A DNA stretch of 24,356 nucleotides, taken from the IMG/VR virus record IMGVR_UViG_3300049009_000021, positions 1 to 24,356 of that record; one strand, given 5' to 3'. Origin of the DNA: a virus (taxonomy: Duplodnaviria; Caudoviricetes). Both the position numbers and the translations under genes were made by a program. The notes under the pieces are model-generated. The model saw nothing but the letters and a program-made list of their open reading frames with translations, was not told where the DNA came from and ran no database searches. Each line of letters begins with the position of its first letter. Positions within the stretch are counted from its first letter, which is position 1. This document shows positions 1-7,403 of the stretch, piece after piece.

Positions 1-22
1 CAACAATGGACTGAGGCTCAAG

Positions 23-289
23 TTGACCAAAGCGCAACGTAAGCATTATGAGAAACTGGCTAACCTTGGTTGCTCACTTTGCAGGCACTTGGGATATGGG
101 GAAACACCTAGTCACATACATCACATTAGACGATTAGGGATGAAACGTGAAAATTCGCCGGTTATACCGCTATGCCCGACTCATCATGTGGGCAATGATG
201 GGGTACATGGATTGGGTAAAAAGGCGTTTGTGGTGAAATATGGCGTGACGGAGGAGGATTTATTAGCCCAAACCGAGGCATTGTTATGA
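23..289 (+). CDS. Ref-like (RecA-dependent nuclease family) HNH/zinc-finger protein
   Basis: 88 aa, TTG start. CxxC (CSLC), HHIR and PLCPTHH...GVH motifs are typical of Ref/DUF968-like phage nucleases. Overlaps the next gene by ATGA. Confidence 0.65.
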   Translation: MTKAQRKHYEKLANLGCSLCRHLGYGETPSHIHHIRRLGMKRENSPVIPLCPTHHVGNDGVHGLGKKAFVVKYGVTEEDLLAQTEALL

Positions 290-636
290 TTGCTACCCTC
301 CAGCTGCCGTTGCCACCATCAGTAAACGCTTACTGGCGCAATTTTCACGGCAGAACAATACTTTCTAAATCCGCTAGGGACTACAAACAAACCGTCAAAG
401 AATACGTTTTAATTAACAAAATCCCATACTTTGGCGATGCCAGGCTACAAGCCATCATCACGATATTCCCCAAAGACCGACGCAAGCAAGATTTGGATAA
501 CAGACTCAAAAGTTTGCTCGACAGTTTAGGCAACGCAGGCGTGTTTGACGATGACAGCCAGTTTGACAAAATAGAAATAGGCAGGGGGATGATTAAATCG
601 GGCGGCGGTTGTACAATAATCATAGCTACCCTATGA
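286..636 (+). CDS. rusA: RusA-family Holliday junction resolvase
   Basis: LPLPPSVNAYWR N-terminus and the DRRKQDLDNRLKSLLDSL...GVFDDDSQ catalytic Asp motif of RusA. Confidence 0.9.
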   Translation: MIATLQLPLPPSVNAYWRNFHGRTILSKSARDYKQTVKEYVLINKIPYFGDARLQAIITIFPKDRRKQDLDNRLKSLLDSLGNAGVFDDDSQFDKIEIGRGMIKSGGGCTIIIATL

Positions 637-643
637 GGTCACT

Positions 644-1000
644 ATGGACTATCCTGCCGTATTCGTCGCAACTTTGTTCCATAGCGGGACAAACGCACAC
701 TTTATGCACTTGCAAACAGACTCTTATGCCAAGCATAAAGCGTTGCAAAAATACTACGAAGGCATCATCGACTTAGTTGATACTTGGGCAGAAACGTACC
801 AAGGGGCTTACGAGCAGATCAAAAGCTATCCTAAAGACTTCCATTTAGCCACAGACCCAGTTAAGTACATTACAAGCGTCAAAGCCTTTGTAAAGGACAT
901 TCGTGACGAATTGCCCAAAGACACAGAGTTACAGAACCTGATCGACGAGATTGCCGGTTTGCTTGATTCAACTTTATATAAACTAAAGGCGTTCAAATGA
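644..1000 (+). CDS. Ferritin/Dps-like four-helix-bundle phage protein (DUF5856-like)
   Basis: AHFMHLQT.SYAKHKAL..YYE.I.DLVD..AE.YQG and ELQNLIDEI...STLYKL pattern. RBS GAGG upstream. Confidence 0.6.
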   Translation: MDYPAVFVATLFHSGTNAHFMHLQTDSYAKHKALQKYYEGIIDLVDTWAETYQGAYEQIKSYPKDFHLATDPVKYITSVKAFVKDIRDELPKDTELQNLIDEIAGLLDSTLYKLKAFK

Positions 1001-1149
1001 AAGCGGGACTCTATGCCAATATTCTTGCCAAACAGGAACGGATCAAGGCTGGCAGCGGCGAGAAAATGAGAAAGCCAGGCGATCCAGGCGCACCAACCGC
1101 TAAAGACTTTAAAGAATCAGCTAAGACAGCTAAAGACGAGAAGAAATGA
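997..1149 (+). CDS. Small basic conserved phage protein (50 aa, absent from the ORF track)
   Basis: MKAGLYANILAKQERIKAGSGEKMRKPGDPGAPTAKDFKESAKTAKDEKK*. ATGA overlaps with both neighbours fill the gap exactly. Confidence 0.75.
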   Translation: MKAGLYANILAKQERIKAGSGEKMRKPGDPGAPTAKDFKESAKTAKDEKK

Positions 1150-1430
1150 CAGCGGCTTGGCAACGCAAAGAGGGAAAGAACCCTGCTGGCGGTCTAAATG
1201 CCAAGGGTCGAGCGAGTGCCAAAGCAGAAGGCATGAACCTCAAGCCACCAGTAAAGTCAGGTGATAACCCAAGACGAGCCAGTTTTCTCGCACGCATGGG
1301 CAATATGCCAGGGCCAATGGAGAAAGACGGCAAACCGACGAGATTAGCCTTAGCCTTAAAAGCATGGGGTGCATCAAGCAAAGAAGATGCAAGGTCAAAA
1401 GCTAAGAATATCAGCGAACGCAATAAGTAA
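1146..1430 (+). CDS. Conserved basic phage protein (DUF6321-like)
   Basis: AWQRKEGKNPAGGLNAKGRAS...RRASFLARM...TRLALALKAWG. ATGA coupling with the upstream ORF. Confidence 0.7.
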   Translation: MTAAWQRKEGKNPAGGLNAKGRASAKAEGMNLKPPVKSGDNPRRASFLARMGNMPGPMEKDGKPTRLALALKAWGASSKEDARSKAKNISERNK

Positions 1431-1473
1431 GCTAAACTTAAAATATCTTAAATCTACGACAATTGAGAAAGAT

Positions 1474-1773
1474 ATGGAACAAGCTAAAGTAGCTAAAAGT
1501 AGAAAGAGGGTTGGCGGTAGAGCACCTGGCACACCTAACAAGTCAACAGCAAAGGCTAGAGAGGCAATTGCAGCGTTCGTTGATGGTAATGCATACCTTT
1601 TACAAGGGTGGCTAGAATCAATTGCTTTGGACGAACGACATGGCCCAAAGACAGCGTTTGACTGTTTTATGGCTGTGGCTGAATACCATGTTCCTAAATT
1701 AGCCAGACAGGAACACGTTGGGGCTGACAATGGCCCGATTGAAATGGTGGTCAAGTGGCAAGACGGGAGTTGA
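1474..1773 (+). CDS. terS: Putative terminase small subunit
   Basis: GGRAPGTPNKST motif, AEYHVPKLAR...EHVGADNGPI C-terminus, and position upstream of terL. ATG 1474 is preferred over 1369, which would overlap the preceding gene by about 60 nt. Confidence 0.7.
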   Translation: MEQAKVAKSRKRVGGRAPGTPNKSTAKAREAIAAFVDGNAYLLQGWLESIALDERHGPKTAFDCFMAVAEYHVPKLARQEHVGADNGPIEMVVKWQDGS

Positions 1774-1774
1774 C

Positions 1775-2263
1775 ATGGCAAAAGGCGATACAAGGCTTAG
1801 AAAATCATTGTCTGATAGATTTCACGACAAAATAGCTTATGAACCCAACAGCGGTTGCTGGTTATGGACTGGCGCAACCAACAAATTAGGTTACGGATTG
1901 ATCGGATTGGGGCATAGATCAGACGGTATTGCCAAAGCTCACAGGGTTAGCTACCTATTACATAAAGGCAATATAGAGGCAGGTTTGTGTGTTTTACACA
2001 GGTGCGACAACCCATATTGCGTCAACCCAGAACATTTATTTTTAGGCACGTTATCCGATAACATGAAAGATTGCGTACAAAAAAAACGCAATTTCCTTCC
2101 TAATAATCGTGCAGAAAAAGCAACATGGGCAAAACTCACAATAAAAAATGTGGTGCATATAAGAGAACGTGCAATGACAGGCGTTAAATACGCCAACTTG
2201 TACAGCGTAAGTAAAAGCGCAATATATGAAATTTGGCGAGGCAAAAATTGGCAAAGCGTTTAG
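1775..2263 (+). CDS. Free-standing HNH homing endonuclease with C-terminal HTH-like domain
   Basis: SGCWLWTGA..GYG..AHRVSY..VLHRCDNPYCVNPEHLFLGTLSDNMKD HNH motif. RBS GGGAG at 1765-1769 before ATG 1775. More AT-rich than the flanks. Confidence 0.9.
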   Translation: MAKGDTRLRKSLSDRFHDKIAYEPNSGCWLWTGATNKLGYGLIGLGHRSDGIAKAHRVSYLLHKGNIEAGLCVLHRCDNPYCVNPEHLFLGTLSDNMKDCVQKKRNFLPNNRAEKATWAKLTIKNVVHIRERAMTGVKYANLYSVSKSAIYEIWRGKNWQSV

Positions 2264-2349
2264 TTACTTTGCCGTATTCCCCAAGAGCAGCATTTAAACC
2301 TTTTCACGATAGGAGCGAGCGGTGGGCGTGTTTAGTTGCCCACCGCCGA
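2248..2349 (+). CDS. terL: Terminase large subunit, N-terminal segment (0 frame, up to the frameshift in Walker A)
   Basis: TTG 2248 with GAGG at 2238-2241 encodes MAKRLVTLPYSPRAAFKPFHDRSERWACLVAHRR, a typical TerL N-terminus. This frame continues into unrelated residues and stops at 2530-2532. Confidence 0.8.
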
Positions 2350-3590
2350 AAGGTGCAGGCAAGACAGTCGCAGCCATTAACGACATTGTTCGGGCTGCAC
2401 TCATGTGCAAAAGCACAAATCCCCTGTTTGCTTATATTGCGCCATTCCGCAGCCAGGCTAAGTCTGTGGCTTGGGATTACCTTAAACACTTTGCCCAACC
2501 AGTTCTTGCATCAAGCAACGAGGCAGAGCTAACCATTGAGCTTATAACTGGGGGGAAGATACGCTTGTTCGGGGCTGACAACGCAGATGCTATGCGTGGC
2601 TTGGGCTTTGATGGCGTTTTCATGGACGAATATGGTGACTTCAGGCCATCAGTCTGGGGTAACGTCATTCGGCCTACATTGTCAGATAAGCAAGGTTGGG
2701 CTGTGTTCGCAGGTACGCCAAAGGGAAAGAACCAGTTTTGGCAGATATTTGAAACAGCAAAGAAAACGCCTGACGAGTGGTTTCACCTTGTCTTAAAGGC
2801 TAGTGAGTCTGGACTGCTACCTGACACAGAGCTACGGGCAGCTGCCGCACAGATCAGCGATGACCAGTTCCTACAAGAGTACGAGTGTTCGTTTGAGGCG
2901 GCAATTTTGGGCGCTTTTTATGGCGAGGACTTACGCAAGATCACAGACGCAGGGCAAGTTAGGTGTGTTGATTACGATCCGCACCTACCGACTTACACGG
3001 CTTGGGACTTAGGCTATCGTGATGACACGGCTATTTGGTGGTATCAGGTCATCCGCAACGAAATCCATATCATTGATTATTTTGCAATAAGTGGTGCAAA
3101 CATTGCAGAAATAGCTAAAATAGTCGTAGAAAAGCCGTATAAATACGCAAAACATTACCTACCGCACGATGCAAGGGCAAAAACTCTAGCAGCAGCGGGT
3201 AAGTCAGTCATTGAGCAGTTGAGTGAGTATTTAGGTATTAACAACATGGCAATTGTTCCTGACTTGTCGGTGCAAGATGGGATTCAAGCGGTGCGTCAGA
3301 TGTTGCCGCAATGTTGGTTTGACAGCGAACGAACGCACGATGGGCTAGAGGCTTTACGACAGTATCAGCGGGAATACGACGAGGACAAGAAGGCATTTAG
3401 GCAAACGCCCAGGCATGATTGGACAAGCCACCCAGCTGACGCATTTAGGATGCTAGCAATTGCTTGGAGGCTAGAGCCAAAGGTTAAGCAGCCAGATATG
3501 GTTAAGCCGTTGATTGTCGGGCCTGAGAACACAGTAACTTTGAATGATATGTGGGCAACCCACACAACAAACCGGAGTAGAAGATTATGA
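2322..3590 (+). CDS. terL: Terminase large subunit, main body (-1 frame relative to the N-terminal segment)
   Basis: AGKT (Walker A C-half), GVFMDEY (Walker B), AGTP coupling motif, AWDLGYRDDTAIW RNase H-like nuclease motif, HDWTSHPADAFR. TerL-like sequence begins at about 2355. Confidence 0.92.
   Translation: MGVFSCPPPKGAGKTVAAINDIVRAALMCKSTNPLFAYIAPFRSQAKSVAWDYLKHFAQPVLASSNEAELTIELITGGKIRLFGADNADAMRGLGFDGVFMDEYGDFRPSVWGNVIRPTLSDKQGWAVFAGTPKGKNQFWQIFETAKKTPDEWFHLVLKASESGLLPDTELRAAAAQISDDQFLQEYECSFEAAILGAFYGEDLRKITDAGQVRCVDYDPHLPTYTAWDLGYRDDTAIWWYQVIRNEIHIIDYFAISGANIAEIAKIVVEKPYKYAKHYLPHDARAKTLAAAGKSVIEQLSEYLGINNMAIVPDLSVQDGIQAVRQMLPQCWFDSERTHDGLEALRQYQREYDEDKKAFRQTPRHDWTSHPADAFRMLAIAWRLEPKVKQPDMVKPLIVGPENTVTLNDMWATHTTNRSRRL
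2347..2352 (+). promoter_or_regulatory. Candidate -1 ribosomal frameshift site CGA-AAG
   Basis: In frame with the TerL N-terminal segment. A -1 slip (AAG to AAA) enters the TerL body frame exactly. Confidence 0.45.
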
Positions 3591-3901
3591 GCGGCGTACA
3601 ACATCCTTATGAATATCAATACGAACACGTTGCAGCAAGCCAAACGGCTCAAGTATTAGGCGGTACAGGTGCAGTTGGTGATTACTTAGCCCGTTTAATT
3701 TGTACCGTGTCAACAGCTGCATCCGGTAATGTGGTTTTGTTTGATGGTGCAGGCGTTTCACATACCGTTTTGCCAGCGTTGTGCGGCACAGGCATTAACA
3801 CTTACAACATTGAGTTAGGCGCTATTTCTAAGTTTGGATCGTGGCGAATCACGACAGGCGCAGGCGTGGAAGTGTTAGCAATTGGCATCTTTAGCGCATG
3901 A
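3587..3901 (+). CDS. Hypothetical phage protein (possible small beta-rich virion protein)
   Basis: 104 aa ORF with ATGA overlaps on both sides. Confidence 0.7.
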   Translation: MSGVQHPYEYQYEHVAASQTAQVLGGTGAVGDYLARLICTVSTAASGNVVLFDGAGVSHTVLPALCGTGINTYNIELGAISKFGSWRITTGAGVEVLAIGIFSA

Positions 3902-4488
3902 TCGTAGCGTCGGTCTTGCGGTCTGGCGGTGACTTTGAACCAAAGCACGTTTACGCCTTGCAAAAGATGTGCGCCAAGTATTTGCCACCGCATGAGTTTG
4001 TGTGCCTGTCGGACGTTGAGCTAGAGTGCAAAACTATCCCTTTAATGCACGATTGGGTTGGTTGGTGGGCAAAGATGGAGTTGTTCAGGCTACCAAGTGC
4101 GCTGTACTTTGACTTAGACACGGTGCTAATTGGTGACTGTACGGCAATGATCGAGGCGGCAAAGCAGCATGATTTTGTGATTATGCGTGACGTTTATAGG
4201 GGTCAGTACAACCCGAAAGCCATGCAGTCGAGCATGATGTACTGGTCGAAACCTGTTGATTTGTACGACAAGTTTGCAGCATTGCAGATGTATACGGCGG
4301 GTGGTGACCAGGCTTACATCGAACACTTTATGCGGGACAAAGTGACATACTGGCAGGACATATGTGATGGAATTGTGAGCTTTAAGGCTGATGTGCTGCC
4401 AAACGGGTTAGACGATGCCAAGGTGGTGATCTTTCACGGTAAACCAAGACCGTGGGAACAAACAAGGATACCGTATGAAATTGGTTAA
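3898..4488 (+). CDS. GT-A fold glycosyltransferase (GT8-like)
   Basis: GWWAKMELF, LYFDLD (DxD), SSMMYW, GGDQAYI and IFHGKPRPW motifs. Confidence 0.8.
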   Translation: MIVASVLRSGGDFEPKHVYALQKMCAKYLPPHEFVCLSDVELECKTIPLMHDWVGWWAKMELFRLPSALYFDLDTVLIGDCTAMIEAAKQHDFVIMRDVYRGQYNPKAMQSSMMYWSKPVDLYDKFAALQMYTAGGDQAYIEHFMRDKVTYWQDICDGIVSFKADVLPNGLDDAKVVIFHGKPRPWEQTRIPYEIG

Positions 4489-5086
4489 AGGCTGGCAAGT
4501 TCCCGATATTGACGAGTGCTGCATTAACGCACTCTTGGTTGAGCTGCCGGACTTAAATGTGAGTTATACCCACATGAACCAGTTCCGCACAGTTATTCAA
4601 GCCGGTGGCAATATCGGTGTTTATCCCGCAACGATGGCAGGGCAATTTGAGCGTGTCATTACAGTCGAGCCTGACCTGGTCAACTATCAGGCGTTGCTGC
4701 TAAACGTTGCAGGCCACGCCAACATTGAGCATCATTGGGCTGCATTTGGTGACAAAATTGGCACAGCATCAGTCGATCACCCATACCCTGAAAACATTGG
4801 GGCGCATCAATTAAAGGCAGGCAACGATGTGCAAGTTATACCAATTGATGCTTTAGAGGTTGATGATTGCGACTTTATCCAATTAGACATTGAAGGCTAC
4901 GAGCATCTAGCCATATTGGGTGCTAAACAAACAATCAAGAGAACGTATCCAGTTATCACGCTTGAGCTGAAAGGTTTGGGCAGTCGTTATGGATACACCG
5001 ACGAGGACACAATCAACCTACTCCAAGATTGGGGCTACGAGATTGTCGGGCGGGCAAACCGTGACGTAATTTTTGCGAGATACTAA
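4475..5086 (+). CDS. FkbM-family SAM-dependent methyltransferase
   Basis: VIQAGGNIGVY SAM-binding loop, VEPD, and DFIQLDIEGYE..AILGA..TI....PVI.LE motifs. Confidence 0.88.
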   Translation: MKLVKGWQVPDIDECCINALLVELPDLNVSYTHMNQFRTVIQAGGNIGVYPATMAGQFERVITVEPDLVNYQALLLNVAGHANIEHHWAAFGDKIGTASVDHPYPENIGAHQLKAGNDVQVIPIDALEVDDCDFIQLDIEGYEHLAILGAKQTIKRTYPVITLELKGLGSRYGYTDEDTINLLQDWGYEIVGRANRDVIFARY

Positions 5087-5087
5087 G

Positions 5088-7403
5088 ATGGAAGCATTAA
5101 CTGGTGTTCAGAAGTGGCTAAACGTAATTAGCCAATACGACAATGAGTTCAAGAAATGGGAAGCTCGCACAAATAAGATTGTGAGGCGCTACCGTGATGA
5201 CAACCGTAATCAGAACACAAACGAAACCGCTAAATTTAACATTTTGTGGTCTAACGTACAGACGCTGATCCCTGCGGTATATGCCAGGTTGCCAAAGGCT
5301 GACGTATCTCGACGATTTGGGGATAACGACCCAGTTGCCCGTGTTGCCAGCCAATTGATTGAACGTGCCTTGGACTTTGAGATCGAGCATTACACCGATT
5401 TCAGATCGACCATGAAACACGCAGTTGAAGACAGGTTCTTGGGTGGTCGAGGTGTAGCATGGGTGCGTTACGAGCCGCACGTTCGGGCGCAAGACATTCC
5501 TGAAGATGGGCTGCAAGTAACCGAAGATGTTGACGAGGTTGACAGTACAGGTCAACAAGTCAAGACAGCCATGACGCTCGATGGCGCTATGGGTGAGAAA
5601 GTCGAGCCACAAGAGGAAATTGAGTACGAGTGTGCGCCTACCGATTACGTCCATTGGAAAGACTTTGGTCATTCGGTTGCCCGTACATGGGAGGAAGTCA
5701 CTCAAGTCTGGCGCTGGGTGTACATGACCAAAGACAGCCTCATCGAACGATTTGGTGAGGAAACGGCTAAATCCATTCCGTTGGATGCAGGGCCTGAAAC
5801 CAATAAGCAGTATTCGACCCAATCCAAAGACTTCACACGGGCTAAAATTTGTGAGCTTTGGGACAAAGAAAGCGGCAAGGTGTACTGGATTAGCAAGAGT
5901 TGCCCAAACATTCTTGACGAACGTGACGATCCGCTAGAGTTAGAAAACTTCTTTCCATGTGCCAAACCTTTGTACGCCACGATGACGAGCGATACGCTTG
6001 TGCCTGTGCCAGACTTTGTGCTGTATCAAGACCAAGCCACAGACCTAGACATTTTGACTGACCGCATTGACGGGCTAGTCAAGGCGTTGCGTGTGCGTGG
6101 GGTCTATGACGCATCACAACCCACTTTGCAGCGTCTTTTGACTGAGGGCGATAACAACACACTAATCCCAGTTGATAAGTGGATGGCGTTCTCTGAAAAG
6201 GGTGGATTAAAAGGGTCGATTGACTTGTTGCCAATTGATGTGATGGCGGCAACGCTCATGCAATGCTATCGAGCAATGAATGAAATCAAAACCCAAATCT
6301 ATGAAATTACAGGTATTAGTGACATTATTCGGGGACAGGGACAAGCCTCTGAAACCGCTACGGCACAACAGATTAAGGGTCAGTATGCAGGACTGCGCTT
6401 GCGCTCGATGCAAGAAGATGTTGCCCTGTTTGCGAGTGAGCTATTCCAGTTAAAAGCACAGGTTATTTGCACTAAGTTCCAGCCCACAACTATCCTTATG
6501 TACGCTGCCGCACAAGGTATGCAGCCGGCAGATCAGGCGCTGATCCCACAAGCCTTGCAGCTAATTCAAGACAAGCCATTACGCTCGTTCCGCATCCAAG
6601 TGGATTCAGATAGCTTGGTGCAGATTGACGAGAATCAAAACAAACGTGAGCGAGTTGAGTTTTTGCAAGCAATGGGTGGGTTCTTGACGCAAGCGTTACC
6701 AATGGGTCAGCAGGCGCCAGAGTTAGTTCCTATGCTGATTGAACTGGTTAAGTTTGGCGTTGGCGCATATAAGAAGGCCGCACCGATTGAGGGTACGATT
6801 GACCAGGCTATGCAGCAGTTGCAAGAAAAACAGCAAATGATGGCGCAGCAGCTACCACCGCCCAATCCTGAAGTAGTAAAAATGCAAGCAGAGCAGCAAT
6901 TTGAGCAGATGAAGATGCAAGCTACAGCTCAATCTGACCAGTTAAGGGCGCAAGCCGATATTCAAGTGGCACAAGCTAAAGCTCAAACTGATATGCAAAT
7001 GCAGCAAATGAAACTACAAGCCGAAACTCAACTTGAGGCGCAAAAACAACAGTATATGCAGGCAATGGAGCAAGCTAAGTTGCAAGCTGCTGAACAGTTG
7101 GAAAAATGGAAATCAGAGCTAGAGTCTGCAACTAAGATTATGGTCGCCAGGATTGGGGCAAACCCAGGCTTAGATTTGCCGTTACTTGAGGCTCAAGAGG
7201 CTGCAAGCACTAAGATTGCCGCAGAACTGGGTGACAATGTGACGCAAGCCATGAACCGCATGGTTCAGATGCACGACAATATGAACAATATGCACAATAT
7301 GGCAATGGATAAAATCAACGGCGTGATGACAGTAATTGCAGCGCCTAAAAAGATTATCCGTGGGCCTGATGGAAGGGCATCTGGTGTTGAGGTGATTCAA
7401 TGA
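5088..7403 (+). CDS. Portal protein with long Gln-rich coiled-coil C-terminus
   Basis: About 770 aa downstream of terL. FNILWSNVQTL, IYEITGISDIIRG..ASETATAQQIK portal motifs and a Q/M/A-rich helical tail. ATG 5088 follows the upstream stop. Confidence 0.85.
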   Translation: MEALTGVQKWLNVISQYDNEFKKWEARTNKIVRRYRDDNRNQNTNETAKFNILWSNVQTLIPAVYARLPKADVSRRFGDNDPVARVASQLIERALDFEIEHYTDFRSTMKHAVEDRFLGGRGVAWVRYEPHVRAQDIPEDGLQVTEDVDEVDSTGQQVKTAMTLDGAMGEKVEPQEEIEYECAPTDYVHWKDFGHSVARTWEEVTQVWRWVYMTKDSLIERFGEETAKSIPLDAGPETNKQYSTQSKDFTRAKICELWDKESGKVYWISKSCPNILDERDDPLELENFFPCAKPLYATMTSDTLVPVPDFVLYQDQATDLDILTDRIDGLVKALRVRGVYDASQPTLQRLLTEGDNNTLIPVDKWMAFSEKGGLKGSIDLLPIDVMAATLMQCYRAMNEIKTQIYEITGISDIIRGQGQASETATAQQIKGQYAGLRLRSMQEDVALFASELFQLKAQVICTKFQPTTILMYAAAQGMQPADQALIPQALQLIQDKPLRSFRIQVDSDSLVQIDENQNKRERVEFLQAMGGFLTQALPMGQQAPELVPMLIELVKFGVGAYKKAAPIEGTIDQAMQQLQEKQQMMAQQLPPPNPEVVKMQAEQQFEQMKMQATAQSDQLRAQADIQVAQAKAQTDMQMQQMKLQAETQLEAQKQQYMQAMEQAKLQAAEQLEKWKSELESATKIMVARIGANPGLDLPLLEAQEAASTKIAAELGDNVTQAMNRMVQMHDNMNNMHNMAMDKINGVMTVIAAPKKIIRGPDGRASGVEVIQ

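Noticed and set aside
1775-2263. HNH gene as the ORF of a group I intron in terL
   Set aside because: No P3/P4/P7 core was found around it and there is no non-coding room. It overlaps or abuts both neighbours.
2344-2357. T4 gene 60-type translational bypass, or ribozyme excision, of the 5 extra nt
   Set aside because: No matched take-off/landing codon (CGA vs GGT), no stop codon after take-off, and no placement of the 5 nt gives both an upstream U and a terminal G.
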